A stretch of 64,000 bases of DNA. It comes from an uncultured Pelagibacteraceae bacterium (GTDB taxonomy: Bacteria > Pseudomonadota > Alphaproteobacteria > Pelagibacterales > AG-422-B15). This document shows, piece after piece, positions 1-10,810 of this stretch. The stretch spans positions 77,828 to 141,827 of the forward strand of contig CACNXQ010000001.1 in NCBI GenBank assembly GCA_902624455.1, given 5' to 3'. The notes beneath the pieces are model-generated. The model was not told the origin of the DNA, ran no database searches, and was given only the letters and a program-made list of their open reading frames with translations. Position numbers and translations under genes: made by a program. Each line of letters starts with the position of its first letter. Positions within the stretch are counted from its first letter, which is position 1.

Positions 1-2
1 TA

Positions 3-428
3 CTTCTTGCAGCTGCTGACAGCGAAAATTTAAGGAAAAGGTTTGAACGTGAGAAAGAAGATCTTAGTAGTTATGTGATAACTAAGTTTGCTACTGAAAT
101 TTTATCATTTCTAGATAATCTTCAAAGAGCCCTTAACTCAATTGATATTGAAAAAAGTAAAGAAAAAGATGAGAGTATTTCACATTTCATTGAAGGCATA
201 GAACTTACAGAAAAACAGGTCATAGAAATTTTTAAAAAGTTTAATATAGAGAAAATTAATTCACTTAATGAAGTATTTGATCCAAACCTTCATCAGGCTA
301 TGTTTGAAGTTGAGAAAGAAGATATGGAACCTGGCTATGTAGCTGAAGTTGTACAAGAAGGATACATGATAGGTGAGCGATTACTAAGACCGGCAATGGT
401 AGGAGTTTCAAAGAAAAAAACTCAATAA
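3..428 (+). CDS. grpE: Nucleotide exchange factor GrpE, C-terminal part (5' end upstream of window)
   Basis: Frame 3 is open from nt 3 (LLAAADSENLRKRFEREKEDL...) and runs into the 75..428 ORF. GrpE-like C-terminus (FDPNLHQAM...GYMIGERLLRPAMVGV). Lies directly upstream of dnaK-dnaJ. Confidence 0.85.
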   Translation, partial: LLAAADSENLRKRFEREKEDLSSYVITKFATEILSFLDNLQRALNSIDIEKSKEKDESISHFIEGIELTEKQVIEIFKKFNIEKINSLNEVFDPNLHQAMFEVEKEDMEPGYVAEVVQEGYMIGERLLRPAMVGVSKKKTQ

Positions 429-490
429 ATTCATATATATATACAATAATTCAATTATACCGAAAAAATTAAAAAATACTTGTTTACGGG

Positions 491-519
491 GTTGTATACC
501 ATTTAAGCCTACCCATATA
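491..519 (+). promoter_or_regulatory. Candidate RpoH (sigma-32)-type heat-shock promoter of dnaK-dnaJ
   Basis: gTTGTAT (491-497), 14 nt, CCCATATA (512-519), compared with CTTGAAA-N13-15-CCCCATNT. It sits 26 nt upstream of the dnaK ATG. The same architecture is seen upstream of hslV. Confidence 0.45.
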
Positions 520-545
520 TATCCCATAAATTATTAGAGAATATT

Positions 546-2474
546 ATGGGAAAAGTTATTGGTATTGATTTAGGAACTACAAACAGTTGTATTTCTATCA
601 TGGATGGTAAAGATCCAAAAGTCATCGAAAATGCAGAGGGTTCAAGAACAACTCCATCAATCATAAGTTTTGGTTCTGAGAACGATAAGCTTGTTGGTCA
701 ACCTGCTAAACGTCAGGGAGTCACGAATCCTGAAAATACATTCTTTGCAATTAAAAGACTAATTGGTAGATCTTTTGAAGATCCAATGGTTAAGAAGGAT
801 GCAGACATGGTTCCGTTCAGTATTGTTAAAGCTGATAGTGGAGATGCTTGGGTTGAGTCAAATGGTGAAAAATATTCTCCATCTCAAATTTCTGCATTTG
901 TCCTTCAAAAACTTAAAGAGGATGCTGAAAGATATCTTGGAGAAAAGGTAGAAAAAGCTGTTATAACTGTACCAGCTTATTTTAATGATTCACAAAGACA
1001 AGCAACTAAAGATGCGGGTAAAATCGCTGGTCTTGAAGTTGAAAGAATTGTTAACGAACCAACTGCAGCGGCACTAGCTTATGGTTTAGATAAAAAAGAT
1101 GGAAAGACTATAGCTGTTTACGATTTAGGTGGTGGAACATTTGATATATCGATACTTGAAATCGGTGATGGTGTGTTTGAAGTAAAATCTACAAACGGTG
1201 ATACCTTCCTTGGTGGAGAAGACTTTGATACAAGATTGTTAAATTATCTTGCTGAAGAATTCCAAAAAGAAAATAGTATTGACCTTAAAACTGATAAACT
1301 CGCTCTACAAAGACTTAAGGAAGCTGCTGAAAAAGCTAAGATTGAGCTTTCTTCTACAACTCAAACAGAAATAAACTTACCTTTCATAACAGCGGATCAG
1401 TCTGGACCAAAACATTTGAACATAAAAGTTACTAGAGCAAAGCTTGAGACTCTTGTTGATGACCTTGTTGAAAAGACAATTAAGCCATGCGAATCTGCTC
1501 TTAAAGATGCAGGATTAAGTGCCGGTGAAATTGATGAAATTGTCTTAGTCGGCGGAATGACAAGGATGCCAAAGGTTATTGAGACTGTTAAAAATTTCTT
1601 CGGTAAAGAACCTAATAAAGGCGTAAATCCAGATGAGGTTGTTGCCATGGGTGCGGCTATCCAGGCTGGAATATTGCAAGGTGACGTTAAAGATGTGTTG
1701 CTACTTGATGTTACACCACTCTCACTTGGTATTGAAACACTTGGTGGAGTCTTCACTAAATTAATTGACAAAAATACTACAATCCCAACTAAAAAGAGTC
1801 AGGTATTTTCGACCGCAGACGATAACCAAACTGCAGTTACTATCAGGGTGTGTCAAGGTGAAAGAGAAATGGCAGCTGATAACAAAATACTTGGTAATTT
1901 TGACTTAGTTGGTATACCACCGGCACCTAGGGGAGTTCCTCAAATTGAGGTCGCCTTTGATATTGATGCCAACGGTATAGTAAATGTATCTGCTAAAGAT
2001 AAGGGCACAGGCAAAGAACAACAAATAAAGATTCAAGCTTCAGGCGGTCTCAGCGAGGATGAGATTGATAAAATGGTAAAAGAAGCTGAAGCCAATGCCG
2101 AAACTGATAAGAAAAAAAGGGAAGCTGTAGATGTTAAGAACCAAGCCGATACGATGATACATTCAGCTGAAAAGAATTTAAAAGAATTTGGCGATAAAGT
2201 TTCTGAGCAAGAGAGAAGTGCTATAGAAAATGACATCAAATCTCTAAAAGAAGCATCTCAGACTGATGACATAGAAAATATCAAAAAAGGACTTGAGGCG
2301 CTTACACAATCTTCTATGAAACTTGGTGAAGCAATGTACAAAGCTCAACAACAAGAGTCTGCTCAATCCGCTGGTCCAGATGATAGTCAAAATGATGGTG
2401 ATACAAATGATAAAACAGAAAAAGTTGTTGACGCCGAATTTGAGGAAGTAAAAGAAGACAGTAAACAAGCTTAA
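546..2474 (+). CDS. dnaK: Hsp70 chaperone DnaK
   Basis: Hsp70 signatures [31 protein letters not shown]. 642 aa with an acidic C-terminus. Confidence 0.99.
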   Translation: MGKVIGIDLGTTNSCISIMDGKDPKVIENAEGSRTTPSIISFGSENDKLVGQPAKRQGVTNPENTFFAIKRLIGRSFEDPMVKKDADMVPFSIVKADSGDAWVESNGEKYSPSQISAFVLQKLKEDAERYLGEKVEKAVITVPAYFNDSQRQATKDAGKIAGLEVERIVNEPTAAALAYGLDKKDGKTIAVYDLGGGTFDISILEIGDGVFEVKSTNGDTFLGGEDFDTRLLNYLAEEFQKENSIDLKTDKLALQRLKEAAEKAKIELSSTTQTEINLPFITADQSGPKHLNIKVTRAKLETLVDDLVEKTIKPCESALKDAGLSAGEIDEIVLVGGMTRMPKVIETVKNFFGKEPNKGVNPDEVVAMGAAIQAGILQGDVKDVLLLDVTPLSLGIETLGGVFTKLIDKNTTIPTKKSQVFSTADDNQTAVTIRVCQGEREMAADNKILGNFDLVGIPPAPRGVPQIEVAFDIDANGIVNVSAKDKGTGKEQQIKIQASGGLSEDEIDKMVKEAEANAETDKKKREAVDVKNQADTMIHSAEKNLKEFGDKVSEQERSAIENDIKSLKEASQTDDIENIKKGLEALTQSSMKLGEAMYKAQQQESAQSAGPDDSQNDGDTNDKTEKVVDAEFEEVKEDSKQA

Positions 2475-2487
2475 GCAGTAAGAGCTT

Positions 2488-3624
2488 ATGTCAAAAAGAG
2501 ATTACTACGAAGTACTTGGAGTAAACAAGTCCGCTGATAATTCTGAAATCAAAAAAGCTTACCGTAAACTTGCCATGAAATATCATCCTGATCAAAATCA
2601 GGGGGATGCTGAAGCTGAGGTTAAATTTAAAGAAGCAAGTGAAGCCTACGCAATTTTACAAGATAAAGAAAAAAGAGCTGCTTATGATCAATTTGGCCAC
2701 GCTGCGGTTGATGGGAATGCCGGTCAACAAGGTGGATTTGGATTTGATTTTTCATCATCACAATTTCAGGATATCTTTGATGAATTTTTTGGGGACTCTT
2801 CATTTTTTGGTGGTGGTGGTCGTCGTCGTCGAACTAACAATAGAGGTTCGGATTTAAGATACGATATAAATATATCTCTTGAAGACGCGTTTCATGGAAA
2901 GAAATTTAAAGTAAAAATTCCAACTCAAATATCGTGTACTTCTTGTGCAGGATCTGGTTCTGCTAAAGGAAGTCAGCCTGTAACTTGCCAAACATGTGGT
3001 GGTAGAGGTCAAGTGAGATCTCAGCAGGGATTCTTCTCTATCCAGCAGACATGCCCTTCTTGTCAAGGAACTGGTTCAATTATTTCTAATCCGTGTAATC
3101 CATGTCGTGGATCAGGTCGAGTTGAAAAATCAAAAAGTCTTATGGTGAAAATTCCTAAAGGTGTCGATGATGGATCAAGAATTAGACTCAGTGGAGAAGG
3201 TGAGGCTGGAGTTAATGGTGGTCAACAAGGAGATCTCTATATTTTTGTAAGTGTTGATGATCACAATATTTTCATCAGAGAAAATGATAATCTTTTCGCT
3301 GAAGTACCAATTTCAATGATCGATGCAGCTATAGGAGGATCGATTGATGTGCCAACGATTGATGGTGGTAAGGCGAGACTCAAAATACCAAATGGAACAC
3401 AAAATGGAGATCAATTCAGACTTAAATCAAAGGGTATGCCAAGTATGCGTGGAAGTTTTACTGGAGATCTCTACATTCAGGCTAAAGTTGAAACTCCAGT
3501 TAATTTGAGTAAAAAACAAATTGAAATTTTGGAGTCATTCAAAGAAGAAAGCTCAGAAAATGAAAGTCCTCTAAGCTCAGCATTTTTCAAAAAAGCAAGG
3601 GACTTTTGGAAATCTAAAAATTAA
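2488..3624 (+). CDS. dnaJ: Co-chaperone DnaJ
   Basis: J domain with HPD (KYHPDQN), G/F-rich linker, and four CxxCxGxG repeats ([32 protein letters not shown]). Confidence 0.98.
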   Translation: MSKRDYYEVLGVNKSADNSEIKKAYRKLAMKYHPDQNQGDAEAEVKFKEASEAYAILQDKEKRAAYDQFGHAAVDGNAGQQGGFGFDFSSSQFQDIFDEFFGDSSFFGGGGRRRRTNNRGSDLRYDINISLEDAFHGKKFKVKIPTQISCTSCAGSGSAKGSQPVTCQTCGGRGQVRSQQGFFSIQQTCPSCQGTGSIISNPCNPCRGSGRVEKSKSLMVKIPKGVDDGSRIRLSGEGEAGVNGGQQGDLYIFVSVDDHNIFIRENDNLFAEVPISMIDAAIGGSIDVPTIDGGKARLKIPNGTQNGDQFRLKSKGMPSMRGSFTGDLYIQAKVETPVNLSKKQIEILESFKEESSENESPLSSAFFKKARDFWKSKN

Positions 3625-3665
3625 TAATTCTTACTTTTTTCTTAATATAAACTATTCTTAAAATT

Positions 3666-4475
3666 ATGAGCAAAATAAAAGTTGTAGTTACAGGTGCATC
3701 TGGACGCATGGGAAAAGAGATTATCAAAAAAGTTTTAAGTGATAAGAAACTAAAACTTATTGGTGCGATAGAAAATAACAATCATCCAACAATTGGAAAG
3801 GATGTAGGATTAATAGTTAAGAAAAAAAAAGTGGGATTGAGAATAACAGATAGTATTCTTGAATCATTTGCGATGGCTGATGCAGTAATTGATTTTACAA
3901 CACCAAAAGCTACTGTAGAACACGCAAAATATGCCGCCCAAGCAAGACTCGCTCATGTCATTGGAACAACTGGATTTAATAAGAACCAGCTTTTGAAGAT
4001 TAAATATGCTGCGCAACATGCAACAATAATAAAATCTGGAAATATGAGTCTTGGAGTCAATCTTATCGAGGCCCTAACAAAAATAGCTTCTTCAAAACTT
4101 GATGAAGCGTTTTTTATTAATGTAAATGAAACACACCACAAGCACAAAGTTGATGCACCTTCAGGAACAGCCTTAATGCTAGGTAACGCTGCTGCTTTGG
4201 GAAAAAAGAAAAACTTTGATAAATTAAAAAAAATTACTTCAATCAATAAAAGGGGGAAAGAAACCAAAAATAAAATTGTCTTCTCTTCTTTCAGAAAAGG
4301 TGAGGTTATAGGTGATCATGAAATAACTTTTATGAGTCAAAATGAAACTATTAAAATAAGTCATAAGGCAATGAATAGAGGAATTTTTGTCGATGGTGCA
4401 ATTCAAGCAGTCAAGTGGGGCCACAATCAGGAGCCTGGTTTATATTCAATGTCTGACGTCTTAGGCTTAAATTAA
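3666..4475 (+). CDS. dapB: 4-hydroxy-tetrahydrodipicolinate reductase
   Basis: N-terminal VVVTGASGRMGKEI Rossmann motif and the ETHHKHKVDAPSGTA signature. Confidence 0.9.
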   Translation: MSKIKVVVTGASGRMGKEIIKKVLSDKKLKLIGAIENNNHPTIGKDVGLIVKKKKVGLRITDSILESFAMADAVIDFTTPKATVEHAKYAAQARLAHVIGTTGFNKNQLLKIKYAAQHATIIKSGNMSLGVNLIEALTKIASSKLDEAFFINVNETHHKHKVDAPSGTALMLGNAAALGKKKNFDKLKKITSINKRGKETKNKIVFSSFRKGEVIGDHEITFMSQNETIKISHKAMNRGIFVDGAIQAVKWGHNQEPGLYSMSDVLGLN

Positions 4476-4479
4476 TAGA

Positions 4480-5133
4480 ATGAACAAGTCTGAAAAGGCA
4501 ATTGTAATAAAAAAAATTTTAAATCAAACCTATCCAAAGATACCAATACCATTAGATCACGAGAATACATATCAGTTATTGATTGCTGTTCTTTTAAGTG
4601 CTCAGTGTACTGATGTAAGAGTGAATGAGGTAACACCTCAATTATTTAGCCTTGCCGATACCCCAATAAAAATGAGCAAGCTTAAAGTAAACCAGATTTA
4701 TAAAATTGTAAGACCGTGCGGCCTTGCACCTCAAAAATCTAAAGCAATATCAAAGCTCTCAAAAATTTTAATCAAAAAATTTGACGGTAATGTTCCTGAA
4801 AGCTTTGAAGAGTTAGAAAAATTACCTGGGGTTGGTCACAAAACAGCTAGTGTAGTCATGTCTCAGGGATTTGGACACCCTGCGTTTCCAGTAGATACTC
4901 ATATACATCGACTTGCTCAAAGATGGGGATTAACCAATGGAAGAAATGTAACGCAGACTGAAAAAGATTTAAAAAAATTATTTGATGAAAAAGATTGGAA
5001 TAAATTACACCTACAGATTATTTTTTATGGAAGAGAATTTTGTGAAGCAAGAAAGTGTTACGGATTAGAATGTAAGATTTGTACTGCTTGTAATCCTGGT
5101 AGAAAAAGACCAATCAAAACAAAGAAGGCATGA
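4480..5133 (+). CDS. nth: Endonuclease III (DNA glycosylase/AP lyase)
   Basis: HhH-GPD motif LPGVGHKTASVVM, catalytic-region VDTHIHR, and a C-terminal Cys cluster (CEARKCYGLECKICTAC). Confidence 0.9.
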   Translation: MNKSEKAIVIKKILNQTYPKIPIPLDHENTYQLLIAVLLSAQCTDVRVNEVTPQLFSLADTPIKMSKLKVNQIYKIVRPCGLAPQKSKAISKLSKILIKKFDGNVPESFEELEKLPGVGHKTASVVMSQGFGHPAFPVDTHIHRLAQRWGLTNGRNVTQTEKDLKKLFDEKDWNKLHLQIIFYGREFCEARKCYGLECKICTACNPGRKRPIKTKKA

Positions 5134-5190
5134 TTTATCTCAAAAAAAACTTCATTGATTAATTACTTACTGATAAAGTTTTTTAAATTA

Positions 5191-5919
5191 ATGGAAAAAA
5201 AAGTTGCCCTTATCATTGGTGCTGGAGACAGCCTCGGTTCCTCAGTTGCAAGAATTTTTGCTGAAGATGGATATATTATAGTCGCTGCGAGACGAAATGG
5301 ATCAGAATTAGACAAACTCAAGAAAGAAATTGAGTCTAAAAACGGCGAGTGTCATACTTTTAGTTTAGATGCTAGAAAAGAGGAAGACGTTATAAAATTT
5401 ATCGAGACAATAGAACAAGATGTTGGTCCGATATCTGTTGCTGTATATAATATTGGTGCAAATATAAAATACAACATACTAGAAACTACTTCTCGTAAAT
5501 ACTTTAAAGTTTGGGAGATGGCAGCATTTGGAGCGTTTCTGATGGGTAGAGAAGTCGCCAAATACATGGTTTCAAGAAAAGAAGGTACTATAATTTTTAC
5601 AGGTGCAACTGCAAGTATCAGAGGAAAAGAAGGCTTTGCAGCATTTGCCGGTGCGAAGCATGCTAAACGTGCTTTGGCCCAAAGCATGGCAAGAGAACTA
5701 GGACCTAAAGGTATTCATGTCGCGCATATCATTATTGATGGCGCTATTGATACTCCATGGGTAAACAAATTATTTCCTGATTATGTAAAACAAAAAAAGA
5801 AAATTGACGGACTTATGAACCCTGACGATATCGCTCAGAACTATTTGATGATACATAATCAACCAAAAAATAGCTGGACATTTGAAATTGATTTGAGACC
5901 ATGGGTAGAAACATGGTAG
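5191..5919 (+). CDS. Short-chain dehydrogenase/reductase family oxidoreductase
   Basis: ALIIGAGDSLGSSVA dinucleotide motif; SDR-like length. Start chosen at MEKKVALIIG; the ORF is open from 5155. Confidence 0.75.
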   Translation: MEKKVALIIGAGDSLGSSVARIFAEDGYIIVAARRNGSELDKLKKEIESKNGECHTFSLDARKEEDVIKFIETIEQDVGPISVAVYNIGANIKYNILETTSRKYFKVWEMAAFGAFLMGREVAKYMVSRKEGTIIFTGATASIRGKEGFAAFAGAKHAKRALAQSMARELGPKGIHVAHIIIDGAIDTPWVNKLFPDYVKQKKKIDGLMNPDDIAQNYLMIHNQPKNSWTFEIDLRPWVETW

Positions 5920-6869
5920 GAAAATTTGATATTACTGGTATTGGAAACGCGATTGTAGACGTCATCGTCAATGTCGAAGACAAATATTTAGAAGATCAAG
6001 ATATTCGAAAAGGTATGATGTCACTCGTTGACCTTAAAACCATTGAAAATATTTCAGATACAATTGAGATCAAAACTACTGTATCTGGTGGCTCTGTTGC
6101 AAATTCAATCGTTGCTCTTGCGCAGAATGGTATGAATACTGCATTTATTGGAAAAGTAAGTAATGATGAAATTGGTTCAAAATTCATCGATGGACTCAAA
6201 AGTGAAAATGTGACTTTTGCATGCAAAGCTCAGAGTGATGATAGTAAATCAGGTAGATGCATCGTCATGGTTACACCTGATGCTCAAAGAACTATGAGTA
6301 CATATTTAGGCATTTCTCAAAAGTTAGATTCGGGTGATATTAATCAAGATGTCATTAAAAATTCTTCCATCACTTATCTTGAAGGATACTTATGGGATTT
6401 GGATGATGCTCAGGTAGCAATTAAACATGCAACTGACTATGCAAAGTCTAGCGGTAATTTAGTTGCATTTAGTGTATCTGATGTTTTTTGTATTGAGAGA
6501 TTTCGAGATAGTTTTAGAAGCATGATAGATTCAAATGTTGATATAGTTTTTGCAAACAAAGAGGAAATTAAATCTCTATATGAAAATGATAATATCGAAG
6601 AGATTACTAAAATATTGTCACAGCAAGAAAGAATTTATGCGATAACAATGGGTGAAGAGGGAGCTCTAATCATTAAGGGAGACGAAACTTATAAAATTGA
6701 GGCTCAAAAGATTGAAAATTTAGTCGATACCACAGGAGCTGGAGATCTTTTTGCAGCAGGTTTTCTAGAACATTTCATTAAAAATGAAAGTCTTGAAAGT
6801 TGTGGATCTAGAGGAGTTGAAATGGCCTCAAGAGTGATACAGCAGTATGGAGCGCGTTTAAAAACTTAA
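5901..6869 (+). CDS. PfkB-family carbohydrate/nucleoside kinase (adenosine-kinase-like)
   Basis: N-terminal ITGIGNAIVDV and C-terminal DTTGAGDLFAAGFL (PfkB signature 2). An alternative start is at 5913. Confidence 0.8.
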   Translation: MGRNMVGKFDITGIGNAIVDVIVNVEDKYLEDQDIRKGMMSLVDLKTIENISDTIEIKTTVSGGSVANSIVALAQNGMNTAFIGKVSNDEIGSKFIDGLKSENVTFACKAQSDDSKSGRCIVMVTPDAQRTMSTYLGISQKLDSGDINQDVIKNSSITYLEGYLWDLDDAQVAIKHATDYAKSSGNLVAFSVSDVFCIERFRDSFRSMIDSNVDIVFANKEEIKSLYENDNIEEITKILSQQERIYAITMGEEGALIIKGDETYKIEAQKIENLVDTTGAGDLFAAGFLEHFIKNESLESCGSRGVEMASRVIQQYGARLKT

Positions 6870-6870
6870 T

Positions 6871-7608
6871 TTAGTTACATACAAAGAAGACTTCGTCTTC
6901 TTCTATATTTTCTTGATATTCGACTAATTTTTCGTCTCGCACGAAAAATGATTTATATCCAAGATCCCTTAAAAACCTGTAAAGATCATCTAAACTGTCG
7001 TCATTTCTAGCTAATGAGTGTCTTTGTAATTCAATATAAATTATGGGCTTATATTTTTTTAAAGTTTCGTTTGCACCCAATAAGGCTTTATATTCAAATC
7101 CTTCAATATCAATTTTAATAAAGTCAACAGATTGTAATTCTAGATCATTTACAATTTTATCAATTGTCGTAACCGAAACGTAATCATAATGTGTTTTAAA
7201 ATTCCGATCAGTAAAGTCTTCATGATTATTGCTCATGTGTGACAACCCAAATCCAAGGGAGTTTTTTCTTTTTTCGGGAATATTCAAAAAAGAGAAACCT
7301 TGCTCATCAGATACCGCAAAAGGTAAAACATCGATATTATTAAGGCGATTAAAAAAAATAGATAATCTCAAAATAAATCTAGCATATAAGCCAGGCTCAA
7401 TTGCGATAATCTTTACCTTTTTACTAAAAGCTCGGGATATCATTTTAGAAACTTGACCAGCATGAGCGCCAACATCAATAACTACTTTAGGTCTAGGCAT
7501 TAGCTGCTTAATGATGTTAATTTTATCAGAATGATATCGATAAAAAATTGATTTAAGAGAATGTGAAATAAGTGTGAATGAAAATTTTAATTTAAAAATT
7601 TGTTTCAT
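6871..7608 (-). CDS. FkbM-family SAM-dependent methyltransferase
   Basis: VVIDVGAHAGQ SAM motif and the FIKIDIEGFEYKAL motif typical of Methyltransf_21/FkbM. Confidence 0.75.
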   Translation of the reverse strand: MKQIFKLKFSFTLISHSLKSIFYRYHSDKINIIKQLMPRPKVVIDVGAHAGQVSKMISRAFSKKVKIIAIEPGLYARFILRLSIFFNRLNNIDVLPFAVSDEQGFSFLNIPEKRKNSLGFGLSHMSNNHEDFTDRNFKTHYDYVSVTTIDKIVNDLELQSVDFIKIDIEGFEYKALLGANETLKKYKPIIYIELQRHSLARNDDSLDDLYRFLRDLGYKSFFVRDEKLVEYQENIEEDEVFFVCN

Positions 7609-8610
7609 TTACAAATCTGCAATTTGCACGATCAGTTTGCCATTATTCTCACCAGAGAAAAGTTTTTTTATTGCGTGTGAAGCATTTTCTAGACCTGGTA
7701 CAATATCATTTTTATATTTAATTTTACCGTCTCTAACCCAATTACTTAAGTCTTGATAGGCTTCTAAATATCTTTTTATATAATCAAAAACGATAAAGCC
7801 TTTTAAATTTATTCTTTTCACTAGAAGATTACCCCATGCCGGACCTGGCGCGATAGACTCCGCGTTATAAGCTGATATAAGTCCACATAAACTAATTCGA
7901 GATCCTATATTCATTCTTGATAAAACAGCATCTGTGATTGGTCCACCAACATTTTCAAAATAGATATCAATCCCTTTTGGACATAGTTCTTTCAGTTTAC
8001 CCCTTAAATTATCGGTTTTGTAGTTAATGGATCCATCAATACCTAGATCATTCACAAGCCAATCACATTTTTCTTGTGATCCTGCAATGCCTATGACCCT
8101 GCAACCTTTGATTTTTCCGATTTGACTAACAATTGAGCCCACTGCTCCAGCTGCTGCTGAGACTACAAGAGTTTCTCCTTCTTGAGGCTTGGTTATATCT
8201 AGAAGTCCAAAATACGCTGTCATTCCTGTCATTCCAAAAATGCTCATAAAGCTATCAAGTGGAAAACCTGTGTCTAAGGGAATTTTTCTTACACCTTTGC
8301 CGTTGCTAACACAGAATTGTTGCCAGCCTCCCATTGCATTCACTATATCACCTTTTTTAAAATCATTGTTGTTTGTCTCTTCAACAACCCCGATTGTACC
8401 ACCTCGCATAATGTCTCCAATGTTCATTGCATCGACATATGATTTTTGACCACTCATCCAACCACGATTGGCGGGGTCAAGTGAGAGGTAAATATTTTTA
8501 ATTAAAATTTCCCCTTCGTTCAGTTCAGGTATTTCTGACTCTTGATAAACTAAGTCTCCTTCTTTAATTTCTCCTACCGGAAACTTACTTAGTATCCATT
8601 GTTTATTCAT
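7609..8610 (-). CDS. NADP-dependent medium-chain oxidoreductase (YncB/CurA/PTGR1-like enone reductase)
   Basis: AAAGAVGSIVSQIGKIKGCRVIGIAGS nucleotide-binding motif; 333 aa; MDR-fold pattern without zinc ligands. Confidence 0.8.
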   Translation of the reverse strand: MNKQWILSKFPVGEIKEGDLVYQESEIPELNEGEILIKNIYLSLDPANRGWMSGQKSYVDAMNIGDIMRGGTIGVVEETNNNDFKKGDIVNAMGGWQQFCVSNGKGVRKIPLDTGFPLDSFMSIFGMTGMTAYFGLLDITKPQEGETLVVSAAAGAVGSIVSQIGKIKGCRVIGIAGSQEKCDWLVNDLGIDGSINYKTDNLRGKLKELCPKGIDIYFENVGGPITDAVLSRMNIGSRISLCGLISAYNAESIAPGPAWGNLLVKRINLKGFIVFDYIKRYLEAYQDLSNWVRDGKIKYKNDIVPGLENASHAIKKLFSGENNGKLIVQIADL

Positions 8611-9062
8611 GAATTATCCCCACTCAGTTTTTTTAAATTAATTTTTGGCATATCTACAGAAACACAAGTTGAAGTTGAAGTAACAACTGTTCTATTATTT
8701 TGTTCTAGTTTACTTTCTAAAAATACAATATTTTTTCCAGATTTAATAACTTTCCCATACCCTATAACTTTGCCAGGTTTTGTGGGGTATAGAAAATTGG
8801 TTTTGAGTTCTATAGTTGGTGGCCTCTTTTTAAAGTGGTTTTGAAATATAAATGCAAGAGCAGATGCATCATCTGCCATACCACTTACTATACCTCCTTG
8901 AACATCTCCTGTAGGATTACAAAACTTTTCTGTAATATTAAATTCCATTTTAATAGTACCTTTTGTTGTATCAACCTCTAGAACGGTCATGTTAAATATA
9001 TCAAATATTTTATTTTTATTGTAAAGCTCGACTAATTCTTTATCAGAAATATCTTCATACAT
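8607..9062 (-). CDS. PaaI/hotdog-fold thioesterase
   Basis: NPTGDVQGGIVSGMADDASALA motif typical of PaaI-type thioesterases; 151 aa. Confidence 0.7.
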   Translation of the reverse strand: MYEDISDKELVELYNKNKIFDIFNMTVLEVDTTKGTIKMEFNITEKFCNPTGDVQGGIVSGMADDASALAFIFQNHFKKRPPTIELKTNFLYPTKPGKVIGYGKVIKSGKNIVFLESKLEQNNRTVVTSTSTCVSVDMPKINLKKLSGDNS

Positions 9063-9068
9063 AAAATG

Positions 9069-9455
9069 TCAACTTTCTGATTTGATTGGATATACCATTG
9101 GACCCAACGGCCTACCAGCAAGTAAATGAAAATGAAGATGAGGAACTTCTTGGTGGGCATCATTACCAGAATTAGCAATCACTCGGTATCCATTTCCTCC
9201 AGAGTCTTCGCTAATACCTAACTTATCAGCAACCATTGATATTGCTCGATTAAATCCAACTACTTCCTCATTAGTTGCATTTTTACTGAAGTCATTGATA
9301 TCTACATACGCGCCCTTTGGTATTATTAATGCATGTGATGGTGCCTGTGGTCTTATGTCTTTGAATGCCAGAGCATACTCATCTTCATATATTTTATCAC
9401 AAGGGATTTCACCTCGTAAAATTTTAGCAAAAATATTTTCTTTGTCGTAACTCAT
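9069..9455 (-). CDS. HIT-family nucleotide hydrolase (HinT-like)
   Basis: Histidine triad HEVPHLHFHLL; N-terminal IFAKILRGEIP. Confidence 0.88.
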   Translation of the reverse strand: MSYDKENIFAKILRGEIPCDKIYEDEYALAFKDIRPQAPSHALIIPKGAYVDINDFSKNATNEEVVGFNRAISMVADKLGISEDSGGNGYRVIANSGNDAHQEVPHLHFHLLAGRPLGPMVYPIKSES

Positions 9456-9763
9456 TAATTTCTTAAACCTGTCTTTCCTTCTCTTTTTTCTAATTCTTCG
9501 TACACTTGTTCTGGATCAATATCAAATTTTTTTAAAAGCACCAATAAGTGATAAATTAAATCAGCAGACTCATAAATTATTTGACTTACGTCATCTTTTT
9601 CTGCTGCCTCAACTGTCTCTAGAGCTTCCTCCTTTAATTTACTGATACACTTTTCTTTTCCTTCTGATAGTAAGGATGCAGTATAAGATTTTGTAGGATC
9701 ATCGTTAGATCTAGCCTCAATAGTTTTAAAAAGTCTGGTAAGGACTGTTAATTTCTCACTCAT
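9455..9763 (-). CDS. hisE: Phosphoribosyl-ATP pyrophosphatase
   Basis: MazG-like PRA-PH pattern (SYTASLL..G.EKCISKLKEEALE, ESADLIYHLLVLL). Start taken at MSEKL; the ORF is open to 9787. Overlaps the upstream gene's stop by 8 nt. Confidence 0.8.
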   Translation of the reverse strand: MSEKLTVLTRLFKTIEARSNDDPTKSYTASLLSEGKEKCISKLKEEALETVEAAEKDDVSQIIYESADLIYHLLVLLKKFDIDPEQVYEELEKREGKTGLRN

Positions 9764-10049
9764 CTTCGTAACCTTCAGCGATCGCAAAAATTCTATCTTT
9801 ATTTTCCCCTAAAATTTTTTTTGCACTTTGATACTCATCACTTTCATAAGCTTTCTGAGCATCTTCAAATGATGGAAACTGAACCACTACATTCCTCTCA
9901 AAATCCTTACCTTCTTTCGTAATTGCTGCGCCACCTCTAACAAGAAACTTCCCATTGTACTTTTTCACCGCCTCAGATGCATAAGATTTATATAAATTTT
10001 GCTTTTCGGGATCTAACACATTTACTTTTACGATCCAATATCCATTCAT
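9756..10049 (-). CDS. DUF1330 family protein (dimeric alpha/beta-barrel fold)
   Basis: 97 aa. Pattern GYWIV...YKSYASEAVKKYNGKFLVRGG...VVVQFPSFEDAQKAYESDEYQ matches DUF1330 proteins. Confidence 0.7.
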   Translation of the reverse strand: MNGYWIVKVNVLDPEKQNLYKSYASEAVKKYNGKFLVRGGAAITKEGKDFERNVVVQFPSFEDAQKAYESDEYQSAKKILGENKDRIFAIAEGYEDE

Positions 10050-10051
10050 GT

Positions 10052-10810
10052 TTAAATCCTAACGCTTATATTTTGTTCAGCAAGAAATCTTTTAACTTCC
10101 GATATACTAAAATCACCAAAATGGAATATTGATGCTGCAAGCAAAGCACTCGCACCTCCTATAGTTATACCATCGTGCAAATGTTGTAGTGTTCCAACCC
10201 CTCCAGAAGCAATCACCGGAATATTTATTTTAGATGTTACTTTATTAAGTAATTTATTATCAAAGCCAGACTTTGTTCCATCTTTATCCATGGATGTTAG
10301 AAGTATTTCACCCGCACCTAATTCAGCAGCTTCTAAACAAAACTCTACGGCATCAATATCAGTTTCATTTCGACCACCATGCGTGAATACATTCCATTTT
10401 TCCTCTTTAACTTGTTTTGCATCAACCGCTACTACGATTGTTGATGAACCGTATTTGTTTGAAGCTTCAGAGATAAATGTTTTGTCCTTAACCGCAGCAG
10501 TATTGATTGAAACTTTATCAGCACCAGAATGCAGCAGTTTAGATATATCGTCAATTGTCCTTACTCCTCCACCAACTGTTAGAGGAATAAAACAGTTTTC
10601 AGCAGTTTTTTTTACAACGTCGAATAAATTGTCCCTATTGTCACTTGATGCAGTTATATCTAGAAAGCACAATTCATCCGCTCCTTCGTTATTATATATT
10701 TTTGCTTGTTCAACCGGGTCACCAGCGTCAATTAGGTCTACAAAATTTACACCTTTTACTACTCTTCCATTATCAACATCTAAACAAGGTATAATTCTTT
10801 TTTTTAACAT
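10052..10810 (-). CDS. hisF: Imidazole glycerol phosphate synthase cyclase subunit
   Basis: [34 protein letters not shown]. Confidence 0.97.
   Translation of the reverse strand: MLKKRIIPCLDVDNGRVVKGVNFVDLIDAGDPVEQAKIYNNEGADELCFLDITASSDNRDNLFDVVKKTAENCFIPLTVGGGVRTIDDISKLLHSGADKVSINTAAVKDKTFISEASNKYGSSTIVVAVDAKQVKEEKWNVFTHGGRNETDIDAVEFCLEAAELGAGEILLTSMDKDGTKSGFDNKLLNKVTSKINIPVIASGGVGTLQHLHDGITIGGASALLAASIFHFGDFSISEVKRFLAEQNISVRI

Noticed and set aside
1397-1771. 124-aa ORF antisense to dnaK, plus similar antisense ORFs at 2033..2239 and 2244..2468.
   Set aside because: They lie entirely within and opposite a highly conserved gene, have low-complexity S/T/P-rich translations and no start context. 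Long antisense frames in Hsp70 genes are a known by-product of codon usage.
2809-2832. Triplet repeat (GGT)4(CGT)3CGA.
   Set aside because: It encodes the GGGGRRRR stretch of the DnaJ G/F-rich linker. This is coding low complexity, not a regulatory or contingency repeat.
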